Shown: positions 50,159-59,232 of the stretch, piece after piece
How positions within the stretch are numbered: the stretch's first letter is position 1
How the letters are laid out: every line of letters begins with the position of its first letter
Origin: an uncultured Verrucomicrobiae bacterium
GTDB taxonomy: Bacteria; Verrucomicrobiota; Verrucomicrobiia; Chthoniobacterales; JAFAMB01
Reading direction: 5' to 3'
DNA: 64,000 bases
Assembly (NCBI GenBank): GCA_963762565.1
Contig: CAVXLD010000005.1
Location: 320,001 to 384,000 of the forward strand
Position numbers and translations under genes: made by a program
The notes under the pieces: generated by a model
Told to the model about the DNA's origin: nothing
Database searches by the model: none
What the model saw: only the letters and a program-made list of their open reading frames with translations

Positions 50159-50389
50159 CGCCGGCTGAACGGTTGAGCACTTTCGGTCGCCAGGTTACCG
50201 TTCTTTGCCCGCGTAATAAAGAGTTGCGCCTATCCATCTAAAAATCCTCGCGTCCTTAGACACCAATAGCAATCGGGTGTTTAAGTGCAATCTTAATCTA
50301 TACTAGATTGATATGGTTTAAGGGTTAAACAGCTCATCTCCAAGTCGATATGGTGCACGTTTTCATTGCTCGTACCAGCCAATAAAAAA

Positions 50390-50462
50390 CGACCCTAACG
50401 GGATTCGAACCCGTGTTACCGCCGTGAAAGGGCGGTGTCCTAGGCCACTGGACGATAGGGTC
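50390..50462 (-). tRNA. tRNA-Glu(TTC), CCA not encoded
   Basis: GACCCTA acceptor stem, D loop AGTGGCCTAGG, anticodon loop CTTTCAC, GGTTCGAATCC T arm. Confidence 0.97.
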
Positions 50463-50708
50463 TCAAAAAAAAGAGAGCGGTTACGGTTGCATTAACCCAC
50501 GAGTCTGCAAGCAAAATAAACGAGCGAGAACGCCGGGACCGAGCGTGAACGGTAGGACTGAATAGCCAGATACCAGATCACAAATAGCAAGAGAACACCC
50601 GACAAACGCGCCCAGAATTCGCAGGCGTATTGGCCTTTGCGCCCGTCTTACTGATCACTGATTACTGTTTACTGTTTACTAGTCCCCTGGCGAGAACGGA
50701 GCTGGCGG

Positions 50709-52001
50709 CTATCCCTGCCACGTCATGTTCCGAAGAATAAACGCGGCGGCACGCTCTGTGGCGCCGCGGTGCTGGGCTAAGACGCGGTCAGAATTGGCCA
50801 CCATTTCGGACGCGGCTTTTGAATTAGTAAGGAGACGCTCGACGGCGGTCGCGAGACCTGATTCATCAGCCAACTGCAGGATTCCTTTCTCGCGTACAAG
50901 CTCTTCAATTAAGAACTTAAAATTCTCCATGTGCGGTCCGCAGATAACCGGTTTACGCGCGAGCAGCGGTTCCACTGGATTCTGGCCGCCCACACTTCTG
51001 AAGCTTTTTCCGATGACCACCACGGACGCGGTTTGGTACCAATCTGTCAGTTCCCCAGTCGAATCGACGATCAGCACCGATGGGTTTTCGCGGAAAGCCG
51101 GTGCTGAGCGCAGGGTGTGCGGAATGGATCGTTCGCGTAGGATTTTTTCAACGTCGGGCGCCCGTTCAAAATGACGAGGAACCAGGATCAGGAACAGGTC
51201 AGGGAATTTCGGGAGCAGGCTTTGAAAAATCTGGATCAAAAGTTCTTCTTCGCCTGAATGAAGGCTGCCGCCGAGTAGGCACGGACGGTTGGGATGAATC
51301 CCCTGTTGTTTCAGCCAATCAACGAACCGGAGGTTCGCTGGAGTATCGACAGTGTCGTATTTGATACTGCCGGTCAGAATGACCTGATCTGAGCGCAGAC
51401 CGAGCCGGATCCAACGCTCAGCATCGTGCGGGTCCTGGCTCAGAATCGAGCTCAGCCGGTCCCAGAAAAGTGGCTTAGCAAACCGTTGAAACCGAAGGTA
51501 TCGGGCTTCTGACCTGGGCGATAGGCGCGCATTGGCCAGGAATACCGGCGTCCGTTCTTGTTGAGCAATGGCTAAGAAACTGGGCCAAAGATCGGAATCG
51601 ATCAGGATAAGAGTTTGCGGCCGGATCAGGCGCCAAATTGGGCGTAACAGCGGATAAAAATCGATTGGGCTGTAAATGACCCGGCTCCAATCTGGCGCTC
51701 GATCCAAGGCCAATTGGTATCCGGTGGAAGTGGTAGTTGAGATTACAGCCTGAAAAGTAGGGTCTTGCCGGCGTATCTCTTCTATCAGTCGAAAGGCCAC
51801 TAAGACTTCGCCGACGCTGACGGCGCGTACCCAGCTCCACTTCCCCTGGCTAAGGTCCGAACGTAACCGGTGCGAAAAAAAACCGAACCGCTGAAAGAAG
51901 TTCCGGGCGTACCCGCCGCGCCGGATCATTCGCCGAAGGTAAACCGGAAGCGACACCAGCAAGAACAGAGGTAGCAGCAGATTATAAAGAAATAAAAGCA
52001 T
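50709..52001 (-). CDS. waaA: Kdo transferase
   Basis: AVSVGE, STTTSTG, PID, NARLS, GSIKYD, VPRH.ER, DSTGEL, GGQNPVEP, GPHMENF. Confidence 0.93.
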   Translation of the reverse strand: MLLFLYNLLLPLFLLVSLPVYLRRMIRRGGYARNFFQRFGFFSHRLRSDLSQGKWSWVRAVSVGEVLVAFRLIEEIRRQDPTFQAVISTTTSTGYQLALDRAPDWSRVIYSPIDFYPLLRPIWRLIRPQTLILIDSDLWPSFLAIAQQERTPVFLANARLSPRSEARYLRFQRFAKPLFWDRLSSILSQDPHDAERWIRLGLRSDQVILTGSIKYDTVDTPANLRFVDWLKQQGIHPNRPCLLGGSLHSGEEELLIQIFQSLLPKFPDLFLILVPRHFERAPDVEKILRERSIPHTLRSAPAFRENPSVLIVDSTGELTDWYQTASVVVIGKSFRSVGGQNPVEPLLARKPVICGPHMENFKFLIEELVREKGILQLADESGLATAVERLLTNSKAASEMVANSDRVLAQHRGATERAAAFILRNMTWQG

Positions 52002-52010
52002 CCAAAGGCC

Positions 52011-52465
52011 GAACCGCAGAGGTAACCGCGAATAGACACGAATACTACCGCGAATGCACGCGAATGGAGAACCAACCGCAGCCCCGAAATCCTCCGGGGT
52101 GAAATGAACGCAGATTTAGATTGGAACGAGAGGCCGCGTTAGAACCGTGGTGAGTCACTCGGCCGGGCCACGATCAAACAAAGAGAAATTATCCGCAGAT
52201 TACGCAGATTACGCAGATTTCGTTCGGGGGTTAGCTAGCCCGCGAGGTAAAGAAGAACGTGTCACTACGATAGATGCGTTTCAATCGCCGGTCGTATCAA
52301 GGCTCCAAAGGTAATCTGCGAAATCTGCGGATCGTTCCTGTCTTGCCGGCTTTGCTCGATCCAACGCGCGTCTCGCTCTATTGCGTTGCCCGTCCGGACG
52401 TTATCATCTGCGTCAATCTGCGTTCATCTGCGGTTGAGGTGTTTGTTCGTGTCTATTTGCGGTTA
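52011..52465. mobile_element. Composite nested non-coding element, copy 2, between rsmD and waaA
   Basis: Outer 52023-52042/52446-52465 arms; encodes the RsmD tail ANRHEQTPQPQMNAD*. Confidence 0.8.
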
Positions 52466-52997
52466 AAAAGAGGACTTGGGTTGAGCCGTAGGTTTTATCT
52501 CGGACTGCGGTCCAGCCGTGGGCTTCCAGGGCTAGGTCGCCTGACGTTTTTTCGAGCACTAGCAGGCCGTCATCTGCAAGCCGGTCCTTAAGCGCACTCG
52601 ATCCGATGAGCTTGGCGGCGAGGTCAGGGTCGTTCGGGCGTTTCGAGTAAGGTGGATCCGCGAAGATGAGATCGAATTTTTGATCGGTTCGTTCCAGGAA
52701 ACGAAACACATCCGAGCGAAAGACAGCGGCTTCGAGCCGGGTTTTCTCAAGGTTCGCTGTGATCGCGGCGATCGCCTTAGGATGATCATCCACAAAAGTT
52801 GCTGACGCTGCGCCACGGCTTAAAGCCTCGATGCCAAAAGCGCCGCTCCCCGAAAAAAGGTCGAGCACTCGGGCGTCGATCACCCGTTCACCCAGAGCCG
52901 AAAAGATCGCTCCGCGCACCATCTCCATCGTCGGACGCAGGTCATTACTCGGAATCCTGAGAGGGATGCCGCGAGCGGAACCGGAGATTATTCGCAA
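52413..52997 (-). CDS. rsmD: 16S rRNA m2G966 methyltransferase
   Basis: RIISG..RG, LRPT, LDLFSGSG, EALSRGA, FADPPY, YG. Confidence 0.93.
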   Translation of the reverse strand: MRIISGSARGIPLRIPSNDLRPTMEMVRGAIFSALGERVIDARVLDLFSGSGAFGIEALSRGAASATFVDDHPKAIAAITANLEKTRLEAAVFRSDVFRFLERTDQKFDLIFADPPYSKRPNDPDLAAKLIGSSALKDRLADDGLLVLEKTSGDLALEAHGWTAVRDKTYGSTQVLFLTANRHEQTPQPQMNAD

Positions 52998-53000
52998 AGC

Positions 53001-53280
53001 CGTGAGAGGTGAGAGGTGAGAAGTGAGAGGTGGTGCGGCGTAAGCAGTAAACAGTAAGCAGTAAGCAGGGATTGGTGATTGGCGGTGCCTGGGGTGCCGG
53101 TGTTCGATAGGCTGTTTTGCCGGCCTGCTCTCAGGCTCGTTTGTTGCTCGATTGAATGACGTGTTCCGCTCTATCGCATAGCCGGACTACCAGATCATCT
53201 GCGTACATCTGCGTTCATTTCACCCCGGAGGATTTCGGGGCTGCGGTTGGACTGTCTTAATTTCGCGTCCATTCGTGGTT
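53001..53280. repeat. Stack of unpaired arms (GTGAGAG x4, GTAAGCA x4, GTGATTG, ATCTGCG type)
   Basis: 53001-53082 and 53195-53280. Confidence 0.75.
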
Positions 53281-53293
53281 TGGCTCCCGCTCG

Positions 53294-54730
53294 TTACTCG
53301 GAAGCAGGCGCTTCGGTAGGCGTCGCGCGGCTGCCGTGCAGTAGGCGTTGCCAAAGCTTGCGACGGTCCCCGATGATCTTTTCAAACAGGTTACTCTCCG
53401 GGCGCATCAACGACCCGGAGACATGAAAGTCAAGGTAACGGCTGTGTCCATCGGTGGCAGGCTGGAAATTGTCTTCGAGCTCGTTCGGTATCTTCTGGGT
53501 TAGGAACTGACTCACCGTGAGCCGGCCATCCAAGGCCAACCGGTGAGCATCCTCGACTTGGCCGTTCAAGGTGATCTGACAATTTTTGGATACTAAGCGG
53601 ATCGAGTCGACCTGAATATTAGGCCCGACAACCCGGAAATTTGAGACTGCGCGTTCCAGATTCAACCGTTGCAATTCGTCAATCTGAGTCCAACGACCCA
53701 GTTCCTGCATTAACGGGTATTGGTCTAAATAAGCAGACTTGACTTCCAAGCTCCCAGTTCCGGAAAGCTTCGAAGAGTCGCGCACGGAGCCGGTGAGCTC
53801 GAATGATCCTTCCAGGGAACCATGTGCTCGATCCAAGAAATTGCTGGTCCGGCTTGCGACTTCGTTGAGATCGACCCCGGCAGCATGGAGCTGCAAATGG
53901 TAATCTACACCCGGCTTATTGAAATCGACGGTGAGCTCTCCGGTCAATTCGCCACCGGCGACGCTCGCGCTGATTTCGTTCAGGGTGAGCACGCCGGCCT
54001 GAAATTTCACCGGCGCACCGATGTCATCGATCGGAATCGCGTCCATTACTACGGCGTTTTCGGCATGGGCGCGGCCAAGATAATCCCCATGCCGGAAGTT
54101 CAGAATGCAATCCAGCCCGCGGACTAGCGCAACGTTCGAGCCGTCCGGATGCACAACCGTGATGGCAGCGTCTCTGAGCTTAAACTTTTGAATCTCCACC
54201 CAAAACCTGCGACTCAGCGTGTCACCCAAAGTTGCCGTTTGCGGTTGTGATTGCGGCTGTTGAACAGTCGCGGTTTCAGCTCGGGTGCCGCTAGTCACCG
54301 GCTGAGAAGCGGGCGACGGCGAGCTGGAGGTTTTCTTTACCTGTGCCGACACAGGCGGGTCCTCGTTCGACCCCATTGGGACGGTGATTTCTACGTGCTG
54401 CAGCAGGATCTCTCGAATGATGATCTTGTGGCGGAAAAACGCGTCGTAGTCGCACCGAACCTTGAGAGTTTTGGCCTGTAGCACCGGAGACGAAGTACCA
54501 GGTTTGCCCACGGTAACGGAGTCGAGATTTAGTCCGCCCCATGGCGTAAATGTGATGCGGAAAACGTCGATCGGCAGATCCAAGCTTTCGCTGACCGATG
54601 CACGTATCTCTCGCTGGATGCCGGGAGATTGGATGTAAAGGTTGATCGCGAGCAATGCGACGCCACAGAAGGCAATTACTCCCAGGATAAGGAATAACGC
54701 TATCCGAAAAACACGTTTCAAACGACTCAC
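53294..54730 (-). CDS. AsmA-like protein
   Basis: N-terminal TM anchor and beta-rich body (VAGGELTG, GSLEGSFELTG, FHVSGSLMRP); start uncertain. Confidence 0.7.
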   Translation of the reverse strand: MSRLKRVFRIALFLILGVIAFCGVALLAINLYIQSPGIQREIRASVSESLDLPIDVFRITFTPWGGLNLDSVTVGKPGTSSPVLQAKTLKVRCDYDAFFRHKIIIREILLQHVEITVPMGSNEDPPVSAQVKKTSSSPSPASQPVTSGTRAETATVQQPQSQPQTATLGDTLSRRFWVEIQKFKLRDAAITVVHPDGSNVALVRGLDCILNFRHGDYLGRAHAENAVVMDAIPIDDIGAPVKFQAGVLTLNEISASVAGGELTGELTVDFNKPGVDYHLQLHAAGVDLNEVASRTSNFLDRAHGSLEGSFELTGSVRDSSKLSGTGSLEVKSAYLDQYPLMQELGRWTQIDELQRLNLERAVSNFRVVGPNIQVDSIRLVSKNCQITLNGQVEDAHRLALDGRLTVSQFLTQKIPNELEDNFQPATDGHSRYLDFHVSGSLMRPESNLFEKIIGDRRKLWQRLLHGSRATPTEAPASE

Positions 54731-54767
54731 AGCCGCCAAGCCGCTATAATTAAGTCCAACGGTACCG

Positions 54768-55634
54768 ATGGACAAGCAGAAGGTGTGTATAATTTTCAAC
54801 CCGGCGGCGAGAGGAGGAAAAGCGGTTTCTCTCTACGCGGAGCTCAAAGAACTAGCCGGGAAGATCCCAATTTTCGGTGTGGCAGAGCCGGAATCAATCC
54901 TAGAGCTCGCTGCTATGGTGGCCAACCAAGGGTATGATCACATCATCGCTGCTGGCGGTGACGGCACCGTCAACGGCGTCATCAACGGTGTCGGCACGGC
55001 CGAGGTTATGTTGAGCGTTTTGCCGACGGGCACAATGAATGTTTTTGCCTACGAGCTCGGGATGCGTTCGTCGCAACTCAAGAAATGCTGGGAAATGATC
55101 GAGCTTGGTCGCCCCAGAGCCGTAGACTTGGTGTCGGCCAACCAGAATTATTTCGTGCAATTGGCCGGAGTCGGTTTAGACGCAATGACCGTTCAAGGGA
55201 CCGACTTGCAGATGCGGAAAACGATCGGTCCGGTAAGCTATCTTCTATCGGCTGCGAAAGTGATTGGTCGCCCAGCGCCAAACCTTCAGCTCCAGTTCGA
55301 GGACAATTCCGAAAGCGCTGGCTGTTTCGTCTTAATCGGCAACGGCCGCTTTTATGGAGGACCTTTTTCGTTGTTCCAAGACGCAAGAAACGACGACGGC
55401 TTGCTTGATGTGTTGATTTTTAAGCACCAGAGCTATCTCGACATTTTCCGATATTTGCAGGGAGTACTCATCGGAAATCACACGGACCTCCCCGATATCG
55501 AGTACCGGCAAGTCCCCTCGGTACGGGTGTTGAGCAGTCAGCCAGTCCCTTTAGAGCTGGACGGCGATGTATCCGGCTCGACCCCCGTACAATTTCGAAT
55601 CGCCCCCAAGAAACTGCAGGTTCTGGCGGGGTAA
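54768..55634 (+). CDS. Diacylglycerol/lipid kinase family (YegS/DagK)
   Basis: IFNPAARG, AGGDGT, PTGTMN, GVGLDA, NGRFYGG, DDGLLDV, ELDGD. Confidence 0.93.
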   Translation: MDKQKVCIIFNPAARGGKAVSLYAELKELAGKIPIFGVAEPESILELAAMVANQGYDHIIAAGGDGTVNGVINGVGTAEVMLSVLPTGTMNVFAYELGMRSSQLKKCWEMIELGRPRAVDLVSANQNYFVQLAGVGLDAMTVQGTDLQMRKTIGPVSYLLSAAKVIGRPAPNLQLQFEDNSESAGCFVLIGNGRFYGGPFSLFQDARNDDGLLDVLIFKHQSYLDIFRYLQGVLIGNHTDLPDIEYRQVPSVRVLSSQPVPLELDGDVSGSTPVQFRIAPKKLQVLAG

Positions 55635-55646
55635 GGGTGGGGGCGC

Positions 55647-56106
55647 TTCGTTCTCGTTCTCGTCCTCGTCGTCGTCCTCGAAACTCTGGTAGGGCGAGGC
55701 TCCAAAACGAAATAGGCCGCTGGCATACTTAGCGCCCGCGGCTGCTTCGTCTAATAGGTTACGCAAGCATGGCCGAGCCGGGGATGGCGCATGCCAAAGA
55801 TTGAGCGTGGTCTGTTGTCGCGAATCCCGTCTTGGTTCATCGCCCTGGTCGTGCCCCGCGTATTGGACCCAATCATACCGTCCCTGCGGGACGGATCGTG
55901 CGGGGTGCCCTTTCCAGGCATTTCATGCCAGGCTACCATCGTAAAGTCCCTCCGGGACAGAAACCTCACACGAGCCCGTCGCCGGGAGGGATCGCGTCCT
56001 CGCGATCCGTTGTTAACGAAGCCGAGGGCGTGTTCTAATCACCGGCGAAAATACGCCCTTGGGTTATGGTTTATCCTCGCGGCGCGCGGGGACGCGCGCC
56101 CTCCCC
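55647..56106. mobile_element. Non-coding composite REP-type element, copy 2
   Basis: Single GAGGAC-type arm + GGTAGGGCGAGGCTCC + GTCCC..GGGAC palindromes + GGGAGGGATCGCG doublet; matches 44576-45010. Confidence 0.8.
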
Positions 56107-56176
56107 GAATTGCGCCGCGTGTCCGACTTGCGGCAAAGCACGACAAAAAGCCCGGGGTACGCTAGAATATTGCCGG

Positions 56177-58927
56177 ATGAGCGGACCCCGTCGCGCCGAA
56201 GCTAGCGAAGGCGGAACCAGTCGCGCCGAAGCTGGCGAAGGCGGAAGTTTGCCCTGGACCCAGAGACTCTCCGCCCAGTGTTGGGACCAGCAGTTGGCCG
56301 AGGAAATATTGGCCAGGCTGGCTGAGTTTTCTCCTGATATCGAAACCCTTTACCGCCGATCGCCGAGTGAAGCGGTCGATCTTCTCAATTTTCTGTGTTT
56401 TTCGCCGGTTTCGCTGGAAAAGATCCGCCGGTCTCCAGATTTGCTGCTTTGGTTGGTCGCGCCCGATGTGCTCGACTTTCAGAAGGCAGAGCGACAAGGG
56501 AGGGACCGTGAGGGACCGGACCCCGATTTCAGGTCGCTGCGCGCTTGGAAATCGCAGGAGTTGTTGCGAGTGGCGTTTCGAGAAATCAGCGGGCTAGCTG
56601 GATTTGTCGAGACCACGCGCGACATAACGGAAATCGCTGAGCGATGTGTGCGCCAGGTTTATCGCGCGAGTCTTACGACGTTGAGCAGTCGATGGGGCGC
56701 GCCACAGACTGGCTTCGGCGTGCTAGGGATGGGGAAGCTTGGCGGCCGCGAACTGAACTATAGCTCGGATATAGATGTTATTTTTTTGTACGGAGAGGAA
56801 GGGTTCGTTAATCCGCGATTCAGTTACCACGAGTTTTTTACACGGTTGGCCGAAAAGATTGTGACCGAGTTCGCCGAGAGAGGCAACGCGCTCTTCCGAA
56901 TTGACTTGCGGTTGAGGCCGGAAGGCAGCTCTGGGCCATTAGTTCGGGGGCTTGCGAGCACAGAAAATTATTACGCCGGTTACGGCGAAACCTGGGAACG
57001 GATGGCGTTAATCAAAGCCAGAGGGATCGCAGGCGACCAAGAGCTCTTATACGAATTCGAACATCATCTTCAGCCGTTTATTTTTCCAAAAGCCGTTTCG
57101 GACGAATTACTGACCGAGATCGCGGCTGTGAAAGAACGGATCGAACGCGATTTGTTAGGAGTCGACGATCTGTATCGGAATGTGAAGCTCGGCTTTGGCG
57201 GGATCCGTGAAGTCGAGTTTATCGTGCAGACCCTGCAAGTGCTACATGGGGCTCGCAATGCCTTTCTGCAGGAACGTAATACCCTGGAAGCACTCAGCGC
57301 ATTGGCCGAGCTCGAGATTATGCCGCCCAAAGAGGTCAATGCGCTTCGGTCAGCCTATGTTTTCTTGCGTGCGGTCGAGCACCGTTTGCAGATTGTGCGA
57401 GAACAACAAACGCACACCTTGCCGGCGAAAACCGAGGATCGGTTTCTTTTGGCCAAGAGCCTGGGCCTGGATTCCGTAGAAGCGTTTGATCAACAGTACG
57501 GCGAGCAAACCTTCACCGTGCGAGTGATCTTTGATCGGTTGCTACAAAGCCGCTCAGGTGAAGTTGCCGAAAAGCGGGGGCGGGAATTTTTCTCTCAACC
57601 AATCGAGGCGAACCGAACCCTGGAACGACTCCAGGCGGGTCCGAGCGATATGCATGTATCGGCACGGACCCGTCGCCTGTACGCAAAGTTAGAACCGGAA
57701 CTACTCGGTTGGCTGGCCCAGATGGCGGATCCGGATGCAGCGTTGGGTCGGTTCGTTCGGTTTGTCGACAATTATGGGATCCGTGGCCTCCTATTCGAGA
57801 CGATGCTGGCCAATCCGAGATTGCTGGAGCTGTTGGTGCGTTTGTTTGATGCCAGCGCGGCATTTAGCGACTTGGCCATCCGGCGTCCGGAGTTGATCGA
57901 AGAAATTGCTCGTGGAAGATCATTGAATGCGACGGCTAGCGCCACCGAATACCTCGCCGCTCTTCAGGCTAATCCAGAGAACCTTGCGCCTTTGGAATGG
58001 GTAAGAGCCTTCCGCGAATCGGAGGTATTACGAATCTTACTCCGCGATATTTTGGGTACCGCCCCATTAGGTGAGTTGCAGGCCGAGATGACAAACTTGG
58101 CGGATGCTTGTGTCCGGTTCTGCCAAGGAAACATTCCTGGAGCGGACCGGCTGACTATCGTGACACTCGGAAAATTCGGTGGTCAAGAACTGCTTTATGG
58201 CGCCGACTTGGATGTCGTGTTTATCGGAGAAGAACCGGGACCGGCCGAACGGCTAATTGCGGCGCTCAGTGCCACCACTAACGCCGGCAGGGTATTCCCC
58301 ATCGATACCCGGTTACGGCCAGAGGGGGATAATGGGATGTTAGTAGTTACTATCAGTGGTTATGAGTCCTATTTCAACGGACGAGCGCAAACCTGGGAGC
58401 AACAAGCTTTGACCAAAGCCCGCGTTATCTCCGGCCCCGAAAGGGAGGAAGCAGAGAACCGGATCGCCAAGATTTGGGACCGCCTCCGGACCCGGCCTGA
58501 TACCAAGAGAGAAATTGCTGGTATGTATGAGCGGATTGTCAAGGCACGGGCCAAGAGCGGTGATTGGTACGAGTTTAAAACCGGCCGCGGTGGATTGATT
58601 GGTATAGAATTCCTGGTGCAATCGCTTGAGATTGAGCTCGGGGTTCGCGAACCAAATACATTGAAGGCCCTTGACCGGGTTGGGCGCCGGCTAGAGAAAG
58701 ACGAATCAGAGACCTTGGCGAACGATTACCTTTTCTATCGCCGAATTGAATCGATCCTGCGCCGGGTAAACAATCAATCCGTTTCTAGCATCCCGTTGCC
58801 GGAGCCCGAGCAGAAAAAACTCGCTTTACGGATGGGGTTTCGAGATCGCGAAACATTCCTGGATGACTACCGCCTGCGCCGCAGCCGCGACGATAAAATG
58901 GTGCGGAGATATTTTTATGGAGCGTAA
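56177..58927 (+). CDS. glnE: Glutamine synthetase adenylyltransferase/adenylyl-removing enzyme
   Basis: MGKLGGRELNYSSDID, IDLRLRPEG, WERMALIKAR, KLGFGGIREVEF; second domain GKFGGQEL.Y..DLD, IDTRLRP. Confidence 0.93.
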   Translation: MSGPRRAEASEGGTSRAEAGEGGSLPWTQRLSAQCWDQQLAEEILARLAEFSPDIETLYRRSPSEAVDLLNFLCFSPVSLEKIRRSPDLLLWLVAPDVLDFQKAERQGRDREGPDPDFRSLRAWKSQELLRVAFREISGLAGFVETTRDITEIAERCVRQVYRASLTTLSSRWGAPQTGFGVLGMGKLGGRELNYSSDIDVIFLYGEEGFVNPRFSYHEFFTRLAEKIVTEFAERGNALFRIDLRLRPEGSSGPLVRGLASTENYYAGYGETWERMALIKARGIAGDQELLYEFEHHLQPFIFPKAVSDELLTEIAAVKERIERDLLGVDDLYRNVKLGFGGIREVEFIVQTLQVLHGARNAFLQERNTLEALSALAELEIMPPKEVNALRSAYVFLRAVEHRLQIVREQQTHTLPAKTEDRFLLAKSLGLDSVEAFDQQYGEQTFTVRVIFDRLLQSRSGEVAEKRGREFFSQPIEANRTLERLQAGPSDMHVSARTRRLYAKLEPELLGWLAQMADPDAALGRFVRFVDNYGIRGLLFETMLANPRLLELLVRLFDASAAFSDLAIRRPELIEEIARGRSLNATASATEYLAALQANPENLAPLEWVRAFRESEVLRILLRDILGTAPLGELQAEMTNLADACVRFCQGNIPGADRLTIVTLGKFGGQELLYGADLDVVFIGEEPGPAERLIAALSATTNAGRVFPIDTRLRPEGDNGMLVVTISGYESYFNGRAQTWEQQALTKARVISGPEREEAENRIAKIWDRLRTRPDTKREIAGMYERIVKARAKSGDWYEFKTGRGGLIGIEFLVQSLEIELGVREPNTLKALDRVGRRLEKDESETLANDYLFYRRIESILRRVNNQSVSSIPLPEPEQKKLALRMGFRDRETFLDDYRLRRSRDDKMVRRYFYGA

Positions 58928-58936
58928 CACCTTTTC

Positions 58937-59214
58937 GGTGGGGCGAGGCTCCGGAACAACCCACCCTTTTGAACGAAGCCGCTTACCATGCTCGACTACT
59001 GGTTTGCGGTACCTAAGGACTGCCGAGCCGCTGTGTGTTCTGCCCACGCTGGAAACGGCTCGGCAGCGCAACTTGGTCTCGCCATCAGGATCCGGTCTAG
59101 ATCGATCGCTCTGCGAACGCCTGGCGGCCATTCCGGAGCCTCGCCCCACCAAAGAAGCAATTCGGATATGGCGCAACACTCCAGCACTCCAACGCTCCGG
59201 TACTCCATCACTCC
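58937..59214. repeat. REP doublet (20 bp perfect IR) plus CACTCCAN 8-mer arm between glnE and addB
   Basis: ggtggggcgaggctccggaa 58937-58956 / 59131-59150; 8-mers at 59175-59214. Confidence 0.85.
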
Positions 59215-59232
59215 GCGCGCCTCTAACCCCCC

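Noticed and set aside
50390..50462. tRNA-anchored genomic island
   Set aside because: No integrase and no duplicated tRNA 3' end was found in the window.
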